Below, piece after piece: positions 23,320 to 33,459 of a stretch of 64,000 bases of DNA. The notes beneath the pieces are model-generated. The model was given only the letters and a program-made list of their open reading frames with translations. It ran no database searches and was not told the DNA's origin. The DNA is from Convolutriloba macropyga (Eukaryota): the NCBI RefSeq assembly GCF_964194025.1, contig NC_134480.1:33666001-33730000 (forward strand). The letters run 5' to 3'. Positions within the stretch are counted from its first letter, which is position 1. Every line of letters begins with the position of its first letter. A program made the translations under genes and the position numbers.

Positions 23320-25689
23320 TTAAGCGGTTCCAATTTTTATTGTGTTCATTGGGTAGTCACTGTACTGTGGGATATTTGTAGATTGGTCGGGTATTGCTGA
23401 ATAAACGGGTTGAGTCGAACATTGTCTTGGAGCGGACGTTTGCTGATCTGCTTTCAATTTTCGGATATAACTTCTCAAAAATGTGTATGGGTTTTTGGGA
23501 ACAGCCGGTTGTTCGTCAGTTGTACTTTCGAGATTCTGTCCAGTCATTTCTACTGGGAGAATCAAAGAACATTTGTGAAGGGGATGTTCAGGGTGATCTT
23601 GTAAATATTCGTAATCATGCATTGATACAACTTGGACGGGTTTTGTTTTTATTTTTCGACCCTCGTGGGTTATTCGGAATGGAAAGCGGCGATGCAGCTT
23701 AGACCATTTGTGTAGGAGGTGACTGTATCCAAGATGGAGGCAAATACTGAATAAGAACGACAGAAAACCGAATAACAGCGACATTTTCCAAGGTATATAT
23801 TGTTCAAATTTTTCCGAAAATTTTGGTTTCATTATCGTCAACTTTCTGATTATTGGCTCCGCTATTTGTCTAACTGCTTCGTTAGATCGTGTCATTGGTA
23901 GGTATTGCAACTGTGGCTGTGCTTCGATCAACAGTTGTTTTTTCGCTTCTGTCATTGAAGAAAAATGCGGCAACTCTTCCAAAGGAGGTAAAAGGGAAAA
24001 CATTGTTGATAACGGGTCCGGCAACTTCACATCAATTCGGAGCTTCGGCTCATGTTCACAGGACGAGAGGTCACTTCTGAGGTGAATTATCTCTCCCTGG
24101 AGTTGCTGTCCACAGGCAAATGTTATAATGCAGACGCGGCATCCCATATGTTCTCTTTTTCACAGTGGGTTACTTCCAATTGTTGATGTTTCGACCAGGC
24201 GATAATTATCTTTAGCGGACATTATCATCCACCTGCCAAATCCAAGGTTTATTGCCTGCTCCGTCAAGGGGAGGTCGACCAAATCCACTTGACAATTTCT
24301 TAGTGCTAGCGTTTCATCATCGTGATAATAAAGAGTTGCTAAACAACTTGATTTCGATGTCTCGGTTGGGATTGCCTTTGAACATACAGCATATCTCGAG
24401 GATCCTATGCATGAGTCGAGTTCGTCATCGGTGAGAAGTGCCACTTCCTTGTAGTCTGATGATATTCCAATATACTTTGTTTCTAGTCGAAAGATGTAAG
24501 CTCTTCCGGTTTGTCCGTCTGGCATCGGCATTGGAATTGCTTTAATTACATTCATTGCTGTTGTGCTTGAAGCCATAGGAATGGCGAGTGTTAGAAGTAG
24601 TCCAGCGTCGGTAGCTCTCACGTTAGTGATCAATTTTGTCTCATAGTAAGAGAGCATGTCTTGTGAAGGTATTGCCAAAGTTAGTCTGTCTTGTTTTCCT
24701 GATTCCATCAGTTGTACTATTTGGAGAACTTTGTAGAGTTGTTCTCTTGGAATTAGGGACATCGGTAGGAACGAGTTTTTGAGAGGTGTCAGTGAGTTCA
24801 ATAAGTTAACACGAAAAGCATATAATGCAGCCCTGTATGATTTGATATTTGTGAATATAACCTGGAAGAGGTTGCTCAACATTAGTGCATGGTGGTTTGT
24901 TTGTTCCCGAACATAGAGAAATTGTACGCAGTTCCGCATGTGGTGAGTGTTTTGTCTGAGGACCGCAAACTGTTTTTCGGCCATTTCCCAATTCTCATTT
25001 TGTGTTTGAATGATCTGATCTTGAGCTCTTTTGATGTCTTTAAGTTCTCCTGCTACAACGTAAAATTTGTCATTAGTTTTCGTCGCAATTTGTTGAATGT
25101 CGGTTGACAGTTGGTTCATATGTTGTATAGCCAGTTTCAGGTTTTCTCTGTTTTCACCGATTCTCTTATCGCATCCTCCAAACACAGATTTTATAACGCA
25201 AAGTACTTTGTCGCCTGCTCCAAGTCCAAGTCCCAATACTGATGCTGCGGCAGCTGCTGCTAATGCTACACCTCGTTTCCTTCTGCTTTCGAAATTGAAT
25301 TGATTGTCTGTCTCGTATCGTAGGAGTTTGTCAAGCTCACCTTTCAGTGTTGCTATATCAAGTTGTGCTGCCACATTTTCGTTTGCTACCTGTTGTGCAA
25401 TCCAGCGTAGTCCGTGTGTGTTCTCTGTCATGTTGGTGTAATTGAGGGGGCATCCATAGTTATCTTTTGTCCAAAGTTGTTCAATTTCGTTCGTAAGGTT
25501 AGCCAGTCGTCCATCAACTTTCTGGTCATACTGGGGAAATGGGACCAAAAGATCAAGTTTAACGAATCTTTCTGTTTGTAGTATTCTTTGATAAAGGTTG
25601 AAAATGACACCTTTTCGGGTTTCGGTCGCTTTTTGTTGGTAAGTGAAATAAATGGTAACAGTAAGAATTAAAATGGACAAAAGTTTCAT
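23320..25689 (-). CDS. env: Env-like class I fusion glycoprotein (paramyxovirus/baculovirus F-like), ~789 codons, interrupted by one in-frame TGA at 24160-24162
   Basis: Signal peptide MKLLSILILTVTIYF; furin site RRKR followed by the fusion peptide GVALAAAAAASVLGLGLGAG; heptad-repeat region; Cys-rich region; TM helix MSLLFGFLSFLFSICLHLGY. The 509-aa and 275-aa ORFs share one frame: ...NPL-TGA-KREH-MGCRVC... Confidence 0.9.
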
Positions 25690-25766
25690 AGTTGGTTAAG
25701 ACAATAAGATAAGAGTAATAATATTAATGGTTGGAAAAGGTTTATTGTAGTTGCACTTTGTTTTCT

Positions 25767-28700
25767 TTATTTTTTTTTATTAAAAGAAAATTCTTGGTGC
25801 AGTTTACCGTCCAAAATTTGCCTGTTTAGTTCTAGCGGCACTACATAGCGTTTTTTATCTTGCTTTAGTGGAAACCGTGTTAATGGTACAATACTTTTAT
25901 GTGTGCTGGTACCTACAACACCTGGCGGGGGCTCGAAGACTTGTATGTCGTGATGGTTCGCTTCTTGCGATGCTGTTCGGTGGTTTTCGTCAGAGCTTGT
26001 TGTGCTGACACTCTGTTGATCTCGGGTTGGAACTGTGTTGAATTCTCCTGGTGCTGCTGGCCATTCTGAGTCGCTAAAGGGGTCTGCCAAATTTGATAGT
26101 TCTTCGTCTGTTATGTAACCTTCAGTTGTTGCGTTGTCTCCAATTTGGCTCACGGGGGGTGTGAGTGATTCTGTGATGAGTTCTTCGTCATCAGAATGTG
26201 GTCCCATTGTTATTGTAAGTTCAGGTTGGTGGTTTGGGAGTATGGTCGTTACGGATACTTCTGGCTGGGCATCGTCATCTTCGATCAGCTGAAGAAGATT
26301 ATACGGCGAGTACTGTCTCGCTAGCTCAAATCGTTCTCCGGATCTTAGGTTGTAATTTCGATCAGAACCTAATCTAGCGTTATTTGACAATGTGTTTGCT
26401 GGTACTTCCGTCAAATCTGTGTTCTGAGGAGGTAGAATGTTAGCAGTGTCTATTGACTCAGGTGATGTATGCGAGGTTTCGGTGTTTGTTTGACCTTCGA
26501 CAACAAAAACGTCATCATTCAGCTCAACAATGTTTTGTGACGGTCGCAGTAGAGTTGCTGGGTCACTAGTATTGTAGTGTACTAGTTCGTTCGAGTTTTC
26601 ATTAATCCTAACATGTCTTGGGGCGTCATTTTCTGATTGGGCTCGTACAAGGACACGTGCTATATGTCTTTCAAGCTGTGTATCAAAAATTTCAGGTTCA
26701 TTATCTTCATCGTTTACTTCCGCTGGCTCAAAAAGAAGAGGGTTAACTGTCTCGATATCTGGCACGACGAAGTTGGGTTTTATTGGACGAAGACGAATTC
26801 GATGACAGCAATATGTTTTATGTGTTCCAGTTTGACGCACAATATAATTGCTATTTGTCAAGACTTGTTCAACTCTGTATAGTGCTTTCCATTTGACTTT
26901 GTTTTTGTGCATTATCGAAGACTGGTGGACTGCTGTTGGGTCTAACATCAGACAATAGTCATGTAGCTCCAGTGGGGCTGCGCCTGCTTTTCTATCGTAA
27001 TATTGTCTGTACCTGTTGTAAGTAGACATCAAGTTCTCTTTTACTTTCGCGAATTGCTCTAGGGTTGCGTCTTGTAACTGTCTCAGACTCTCGAAGCTTG
27101 GCTTGTATGTTCTGAATTGTCTGTTATGGAAACGCAAGTCTAGCGGCGTGTTAGGTGGTCTTCCGTGAAACAGATCGGACGGTGTACATCCGATCGAAGC
27201 ATTGTATGTTGTATTATGAACGAAAATTGCGAGATCCAAATGGTTGTGCCAATTCTCACCGTATGAGTTTCTGTGCATTTTTAGAAATTGTTTGAGGGGG
27301 CCGTGGTTCCTCTCAAGTAGTCCTATTGTTTGTGCGTGTTTGATTGTGGCGTGTTTCAGTTCTATTTGTAGCGTTTTGCACAGCTCCCTCAGCAGTTGAG
27401 ATGTGAATGCCGTGCCGAGGTCCGTTACTAGCATTGTGGGAATGTACGAATGTTTTAGTATAATTGAAACCAATGCTTTGCAGACTGAGTAAGCATCAGT
27501 TTTCCGTAGGGGAACAGCAAACATGTATTTGGAAAAGACATCTATGGCCGTTAGAATATAGCAATATATTTTGCCGGGCAGTTTGCCTACAAGATCTATC
27601 TGTAACATATCCTCGGGAAAGATTTGGGTCGCTGATATTGGTTGCAAAGGTGGTCGGAGGGCTGATGTGGGAGCTGGTTTGTGTTGAAGACATGTGAGAC
27701 AGTTTTTGATGTAGTCGGTTATCACTTCAGAGAATCCAGGAAAGTAGAATCTCCTTCGAAACTCTTTGATAGTAATCGAGATTCCAAGGTGACCTCGATA
27801 GGGACTATTGTGTACTCTGTAAAGAACTTCGGCTCGCAGTTGTTGAGGTACGCAATACTGCAAGAGTGCCACACGTCCTGTCTGGTCGAAGAATTTTCTG
27901 TAGAGCACGCCTTGTTGTATTGTTAATCTTGGTGACTGCTTCAAGTACTTCGTCAGGTCGAATGATAGGTATGATCGGTCCGTGGGGTATTGATTAGTTT
28001 GAATCCATTGAAAGACTACTCGAATGTTACTATCCTGTTGCTGTTCGTTCGCTAAGTCAACTGGTATACATCGATCCGACAGGTCAAAGTCGTCAACAGG
28101 GTTTTCCATCACAACGCTGTTTACTTGTATTGGTTCGACATCGTACATGCCTCCCCAGCTTCTACCTTCTAAATTTTGATATTTTGATTTAATATCTGGG
28201 TTACTCGATGAAGTGAGGGAAAGAAATGAGTTGTCTGGTGTTTTAGATAAAACATCAACATCAATTTTATGGACTGGTAGTTTTTCAGCAATGCGCAGTT
28301 GCATTTTTTCTTCTGGATTTATGTGAATCCGTGAGAGATAGTCCGCTGCTAGATTGGTTTTTCCTGGGACGTGTCCCAGAATAAAATTGAAACTAAGCAC
28401 ATGATCAACTGCTGTCCAAAGAGGGGATGGTATTGTTTTAGCTTGGAAGAAGCGTGTCAATGCTCGGTTGTCAGTCAGAATGAGTATGGGTTGGGTTGCT
28501 CCCCAGACAATGTGACCAAAAGTGTCCAAAGCGTAATGAACTGCCGCGAACTCCTTCGCGTAGATTGACAACTTAAGGAAGGAGGGAGGGAAAATTCGTG
28601 AACCAAAACAGACTGGTGCGTATTGAAATTGATTCTCAATCTGGCAGTAATCTTTTATCATTAGAACGTACCCTGCTGCATAGAATGAAGCATCTGCCAT

Positions 28701-30830
28701 AATGACATATTGGTCATTTTGTCTAGGCAAACGGAGGCTCAGTTGGCATGCGTGTTTGAGATTGGTTTTGAGTGTATGGAGAATTTCTTCATGCTCATCT
28801 GTCGTTTTGAAATCAGTTTCGTTCCTGAGAAGTTGGTAGAAGGGCAGTAGTTTCTCTGCTAGTTCCGGAATGAACTCTTTGTAGAATTGGAAGAATCCGA
28901 TCATGCGTTTTGTTTGTTTTGTGTTTGTGGGCATTTTTAAGCTTCTGAGGAATTTTTCTATCTTCCATTCAATTGGTGATATTCCTTCGCCCGATATAGT
29001 CTTTCCCAAAAATACTATACGCGTTACTCCAAATTGGCATTTTTCAGTAGATAATTTCAATCCTGATTTTTCTAGACATTCAAAGACAGCTCTCAGATTC
29101 TCAATCATTTCTTCAACTGTGCAAGATGCTGTTGCAATGTCGTCTACATATTGTGTACATTTGTCTGCGGTAATCACTGAGTCTAGAGTTTCCCTCATAA
29201 AAGAGCTGAATGCACTTACTGATCTACTGAGGCCTTGAGCAAGTCGTAAAAATGCCCAGGTTCGACTGGCAAAGTTGAACGCTAGAAGTTGTACAGATTG
29301 TTGGTCTGCCATGCGTAATGTAAAGTATCCCTGACTTCCGTCCATCTTGCAGAACAAATTTTTGCCTGCGAAGTGGGAACTGGCATCCATCAGGGTTGAG
29401 ATTGGGAAATTGTTTTGATGATAATCATTTCTGAGCAGATGGTTTATTCTTCGAAGATCTATTAGTAATCTGAGTTTTCCAGATGGTTTTCGTTGCGCAA
29501 ATATGGGTGAAGAATATTTTGAAAATGGCAGGGTAGTTATTATTCCGTAATATTGTAGCAATGCTAATTCGAGTAGGAGCTCTTCTTTCAAATGGATTGG
29601 AGTTGGCGGACTTTGAGTATATACAGGACGGTTATGCTCCGGTGTTAATTTTATTAGAAAGTCGTTGTTAACTCCGATATTCAGTCTGTGTCTCGCAAAA
29701 ATTTTGTTATAATCGACGAGGAGATCTTCTAATTGTTTTTTCGACTTTTCGTCCAGTACAGATTCTGTCCAATTGAAGCTTTCGATGAATTGTTTTCGAC
29801 TTTCTTCATCTTGTTTGGGGTCCAATGACTCTGCTTTTTTGAATTCAATCAGTGAATTGTATATTCGTTTTTCAAGTCCAACAAGTTTGTCTGGGTCATT
29901 ACATGTCTCAGGCGTAGGGAACCAGAATTTGTTAATTTGTTTTTCAGGAGGCTGGTTATATTTGTTTTTCATCTCAATGCTATTTAGAATTAGCTGCTGC
30001 TTGCGCTTTGTGTAGTTTTTGAGAAGTTCAGGCTCTAGAGGCATAATATAAGATGCTTGCTCAGCTGTTAATACAGTGAACTCACCAATTTTTGTTCCTG
30101 CTTTTAGGTGGACTGGCGCATCAATAATATTAATGACAAATAGGAAGAGGTTGTTGTTCGTATCAGCCTGCACAAGGGCGTTACTGAAGACTAATCCAGA
30201 TTTTGTTTCGAAGCGGCGGGACGGTTCAAATACGCCGCAAGCGCTATCTGGTAGATGCTCATTTGTGATTATTGGTTGACAACGAACTGTTTGCGCCTTT
30301 TGTGCTTCAACAGTTGCATCTTCTGCTATAATGATTTGATAGTGATGTTTTGTGTTGACTCTTTTCGTTGACTCTTGTTCATAGATATGATTAAGCTCGA
30401 AAGTGAAATCTGGGAATTGAAGTATTCGTTTTCTACAGTTAATGGTCACATTATATGCGTTGAAGAAAGTGGCACCTAGGATTACTCCGTTGAGGGATTT
30501 GAAAATCATAAATCTGTCTTGGAGATTAAATGGTCCTAACGTGAATCGAATTTTTGCTTGAAAAAGTATTGTTACTTCTTCTTTTGTTGCTACTACTGCT
30601 TTCGAAGGAGGAGCTGGAAGCTTCTCTCTCACATTTTTAGTGTTTTCTGCAATTTTTTCAAAAATATGAAGGGGCATGCCACTGGCGAAAGCGCCAGTAT
30701 CTACTATCGCTTTATATAAAAGGTGATTAAAATGAATAGAGATTAGAAAAAGTGATGAAGTTTCTTCGTCGGAGTTCATGCTTACATCGACGGTTTGTAG
30801 GGATTGCTGTGGCGGCGAAACTAGTTTTTT
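25767..30830 (-). CDS. pol: Pol polyprotein (aspartic protease, RT, RNase H, integrase), expressed as Gag-Pol by -1 frameshift
   Basis: AIVDTGA (protease), LRLLIDLRRIN and QYVDD (RT), MADASFYAAG (RNase H), H-x6-H...CLTC zinc finger with QIDLVG / VTDLG / LLERNHG (integrase DDE). Uninterrupted 1670 aa from ATG 30779, and the frame stays open up to the slippery site. Confidence 0.97.
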   Translation of the reverse strand, partial: KKLVSPPQQSLQTVDVSMNSDEETSSLFLISIHFNHLLYKAIVDTGAFASGMPLHIFEKIAENTKNVREKLPAPPSKAVVATKEEVTILFQAKIRFTLGPFNLQDRFMIFKSLNGVILGATFFNAYNVTINCRKRILQFPDFTFELNHIYEQESTKRVNTKHHYQIIIAEDATVEAQKAQTVRCQPIITNEHLPDSACGVFEPSRRFETKSGLVFSNALVQADTNNNLFLFVINIIDAPVHLKAGTKIGEFTVLTAEQASYIMPLEPELLKNYTKRKQQLILNSIEMKNKYNQPPEKQINKFWFPTPETCNDPDKLVGLEKRIYNSLIEFKKAESLDPKQDEESRKQFIESFNWTESVLDEKSKKQLEDLLVDYNKIFARHRLNIGVNNDFLIKLTPEHNRPVYTQSPPTPIHLKEELLLELALLQYYGIITTLPFSKYSSPIFAQRKPSGKLRLLIDLRRINHLLRNDYHQNNFPISTLMDASSHFAGKNLFCKMDGSQGYFTLRMADQQSVQLLAFNFASRTWAFLRLAQGLSRSVSAFSSFMRETLDSVITADKCTQYVDDIATASCTVEEMIENLRAVFECLEKSGLKLSTEKCQFGVTRIVFLGKTISGEGISPIEWKIEKFLRSLKMPTNTKQTKRMIGFFQFYKEFIPELAEKLLPFYQLLRNETDFKTTDEHEEILHTLKTNLKHACQLSLRLPRQNDQYVIMADASFYAAGYVLMIKDYCQIENQFQYAPVCFGSRIFPPSFLKLSIYAKEFAAVHYALDTFGHIVWGATQPILILTDNRALTRFFQAKTIPSPLWTAVDHVLSFNFILGHVPGKTNLAADYLSRIHINPEEKMQLRIAEKLPVHKIDVDVLSKTPDNSFLSLTSSSNPDIKSKYQNLEGRSWGGMYDVEPIQVNSVVMENPVDDFDLSDRCIPVDLANEQQQDSNIRVVFQWIQTNQYPTDRSYLSFDLTKYLKQSPRLTIQQGVLYRKFFDQTGRVALLQYCVPQQLRAEVLYRVHNSPYRGHLGISITIKEFRRRFYFPGFSEVITDYIKNCLTCLQHKPAPTSALRPPLQPISATQIFPEDMLQIDLVGKLPGKIYCYILTAIDVFSKYMFAVPLRKTDAYSVCKALVSIILKHSYIPTMLVTDLGTAFTSQLLRELCKTLQIELKHATIKHAQTIGLLERNHGPLKQFLKMHRNSYGENWHNHLDLAIFVHNTTYNASIGCTPSDLFHGRPPNTPLDLRFHNRQFRTYKPSFESLRQLQDATLEQFAKVKENLMSTYNRYRQYYDRKAGAAPLELHDYCLMLDPTAVHQSSIMHKNKVKWKALYRVEQVLTNSNYIVRQTGTHKTYCCHRIRLRPIKPNFVVPDIETVNPLLFEPAEVNDEDNEPEIFDTQLERHIARVLVRAQSENDAPRHVRINENSNELVHYNTSDPATLLRPSQNIVELNDDVFVVEGQTNTETSHTSPESIDTANILPPQNTDLTEVPANTLSNNARLGSDRNYNLRSGERFELARQYSPYNLLQLIEDDDAQPEVSVTTILPNHQPELTITMGPHSDDEELITESLTPPVSQIGDNATTEGYITDEELSNLADPFSDSEWPAAPGEFNTVPTRDQQSVSTTSSDENHRTASQEANHHDIQVFEPPPGVVGTSTHKSIVPLTRFPLKQDKKRYVVPLELNRQILDGKLHQEFSFNKKK

Positions 30831-31819
30831 GATTGGCGGAAAGGCAGATTTGCTCCCCTGTTTGGCGGTTGTCTATGCCAACAGTCTTTTTGCATATGTC
30901 CTGCTTTTCCACACTGACGGCAAATGATGCGTCCTGGTGTTTGCGATCGGTTTCGAGATTGATTCTGAATGCCTCCTCGTGTGTAGCCTCTACCTCGATA
31001 CGCTCCTCGAGTGTTGTAGTTCGAATTCCCTCGGGTTTGTCTCGGATAATTATTTTGTGGATTCCAAAAATGTTGGCTTTGATCATAGTTCTGTGAATCA
31101 TAGTTTTGTTGATTTTGTTGCACAAATTGTTGCTGCAATTGATCTTGTTTAGCTTCAATTTGAGCTATTGCATTCATCAAATCTGATGTTGAGTTCTGAG
31201 AAATTTCAATTTCATTAAACGCTGTTAATGGTTCTACTTCGGGTTGCAGTTTGTCTGCGCGAAGTCGGCGTTTGATTATTTTGCAAAGGTCTGTGACATT
31301 AGAATCCTCGTCTTCTTTCAGTAAAGCTTTTTTGTATTTAAAGGGCATGCCTTGAATGAACTGTTCTCTAACCTTTCTGGTCCGCTCATCTGATCTGTCA
31401 ATTGCTGCTACTCCTGTCGATGCGGGTACATCTACAATTGATAGTTCAGCCAACCTCTGCAAATCTGTCAAAAAATCATCTGCGTCTTCTTTCGCTGGAT
31501 CAAATTTCCTGTTGTTCAATTCGAATTCGAAGTTGCGCCGTTTATCTGCTCCTGCATAGCGATTCCTTAAGCATCGCAAAGACTGTTCTAGGTCGTCTTG
31601 TTGAGCTTGGGTCAAGCCCAGATAGAAACTCAAAGCTGTACCCCAAAGGTGAAGATGGAGATATCGACATTGCTGGCTATCCGCTGTTGGAATTCTTGCT
31701 ACTGCTAGGCTTGCGCGAAACAAACTTTCGAACTGATTCCAGTTTTCTTTTGGTGTACCGCCAAAAGGTTTGAGTTGAATGTGAGGTGCACTCGTTGGTG
31801 GAGGTGGTGGTGTGGTCAT
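30821..31819 (-). CDS. gag: Gag (332 aa) with CCHC zinc knuckle
   Basis: First ATG at 31819 (MTTPPPPP). Capsid-like LKPFGG..ENW..F and VREQFIQGM segments, Gln/Asn/RG-rich region, and CRQCGKAGHMQKDC knuckle. Confidence 0.93.
   Translation of the reverse strand: MTTPPPPPTSAPHIQLKPFGGTPKENWNQFESLFRASLAVARIPTADSQQCRYLHLHLWGTALSFYLGLTQAQQDDLEQSLRCLRNRYAGADKRRNFEFELNNRKFDPAKEDADDFLTDLQRLAELSIVDVPASTGVAAIDRSDERTRKVREQFIQGMPFKYKKALLKEDEDSNVTDLCKIIKRRLRADKLQPEVEPLTAFNEIEISQNSTSDLMNAIAQIEAKQDQLQQQFVQQNQQNYDSQNYDQSQHFWNPQNNYPRQTRGNSNYNTRGAYRGRGYTRGGIQNQSRNRSQTPGRIICRQCGKAGHMQKDCWHRQPPNRGANLPFRQSKN
30824..30830 (-). promoter_or_regulatory. -1 ribosomal frameshift slippery heptamer A_AAA_AAC
   Basis: Gag ends TCA AAA AAC TAG. 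The -1 frame reads AAA AAA CTA GTT TCG CCG...AGC ATG AAC straight into pol without a stop. Confidence 0.85.
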
Positions 31820-31984
31820 TATCAAAAAAAAGTATTTTTCTAGGGAAAGCAAAGTGCAATGTGTACGTCAAAGTAGAATTTGTAAAAGTCAAAGATTTTT
31901 CGAAAAATAAGTTTGAATGGAAAGGAATTAATTTTGAGATTAGTTTTCCAATTGAATTTTGTTTTCCGATTTAAAAGAGAAGGC

Positions 31985-32002
31985 TTTAGAACCTTGTCAC
32001 CA
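31985..32002 (-). promoter_or_regulatory. Primer-binding site
   Basis: TGGTGACAAGGTTC... begins immediately after the 5' LTR; TGG is complementary to the tRNA CCA end. The primer tRNA is not determined. Confidence 0.7.
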
Positions 32003-32238
32003 AATTATAAAGTGCTGCTTTCTATATTATTATTTTGTTTTACCTCTAGTATCTTCAGAGTAAAATGCGGGTTCAAAGCCTTATATTCAACTAACTGTTT
32101 TTTACTCTTTCCAACTCTTTCAATAAAATTCAATCAGGAGGAATACAACATTAAGGGGTTTCATCCAATAGAATTATAGCATTATTTTATATCATTCAAA
32201 TATTCCTTCCAATCATGGGAGGAATGAAATTCCTCATA
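32003..32238 (-). repeat. 5' LTR (236 bp)
   Basis: Direct repeat of 18849-19084. Followed on the element strand by the PBS and flanked outside by the GTTAT TSD. Confidence 0.95.
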
Positions 32239-33459
32239 GTTATCGTCCTCAACGAACAAACCACGATGTCCAACGAAGAAGAAATGACAAAACTTCACAA
32301 CTGGAGTGGAATAAACAGACATCAATTGACTTTTTTTGAAAACAAAGCATTGAAGGACAACAAGTGGATCTTAAAAAGATTTTTGATCGGGGGTTACCTA
32401 ATTACATTGTTGAAGAATTGTTACAATTTAATTATTTTTTAGCCAAAATTTTGGACGCTGCCTTACTTTCTGTTGTTACGCTATTGTTTCTTGATTTTTT
32501 GCAAATTGCTGGTTTTTTCGGCCAATCAGAGAGCCGGTGTCAGAGAGTACTCTTCCAGTTGCCCAGTTGCTAATTGGACAGTCAAACGCCTTATCCATTG
32601 TCCTTCACGCGATGGAATCATTTTGACTTGTGGACTTTTTGCCTCTGCAGCAGTGAAGCTCTTGTGTAACCGGGTTAGGCATGATGATGGCTTTACGTAA
32701 TTGCATCATTCGTTTTATGTTCTTCTCTTGATCCGTCAGATCATTTCTACCGAGGAAGAAACTCATGCTGTCGTCAGCCCTCAGCATGTCCTGAACACTC
32801 CACGTAAATTGTATTTGCAGCGTTGATGGCTGATACATCTACTGCCATTGCTCTCTTGTCAAAATGGTACAGAAGGGATTAGCTAACAGTAATATCCTTT
32901 TGTTGTTTGCGGTCGGACGTTGGAAATAGTAGCGGAAGCTGAATCCCTCTCGGATATTGAAGTTACTAAAACCTGCTTTTAGATGCATGTTGAATACAAC
33001 CTTCAGTTACGTACTGGCCAGTTTTTTTTAAAGAGAACTGAAAAGTGGTTATGAATTTAAATATAGGTCAGCGCAATTAATAGCCAACTAACACTTTCAG
33101 TAAACGAAAGGAGATTCAACCTGTCAAAACAACTCAATCTGAACGATTAAATTATAGAATCTTAAAAAAAATAACGTTTTAGCAATAGGCAAGCAGTTAC
33201 GTGAGACGAGTGCGCAAACAGAGGCTTGACTTCATAGGAAATTCTAGAAAACTTTCCCTGCAGTTTCTTATTTGCCAATAGACTTTATAAAGTAAATTTA
33301 ATTATTGAAAAATCAAGGTGCAAGTCATTGAGTTTTTTCATTGATCATCTTTGAATATAATGTTGGTCATTGGTATCAGTACATTGAAAATTAATTGCCG
33401 TTCGAAGATCCTTTTTCGATTGTTCAAAAAGTTCGGGCCAAAGAGTTTGGTCATTTCAG

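Larger units (their letters stand above)
18849..32238 (-). mobile_element. Full-length env-bearing Ty3/Gypsy (Metaviridae) LTR retrotransposon / endogenous retrovirus-like element with accessory genes, 13,390 bp
   Basis: Two 236-bp direct repeats, 5-bp TSD GTTAT (18844-18848 and 32239-32243), PBS, PPT, gag, pol in PR-RT-RH-IN order (Gypsy order) and an env-like ORF. Confidence 0.97.

Noticed and set aside
24160-24162. Env UGA as selenocysteine
   Set aside because: No SECIS recognised by eye, and nothing indicates that this position is a Cys-equivalent site.
31790-31819. PPPPPTSAP at the Gag N-terminus as an ESCRT late domain
   Set aside because: It does not match P(T/S)AP or PPxY exactly.
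23394-31974. Many short + strand ORFs opposite env, pol and gag
   Set aside because: Shadow ORFs of long coding regions with no independent features.
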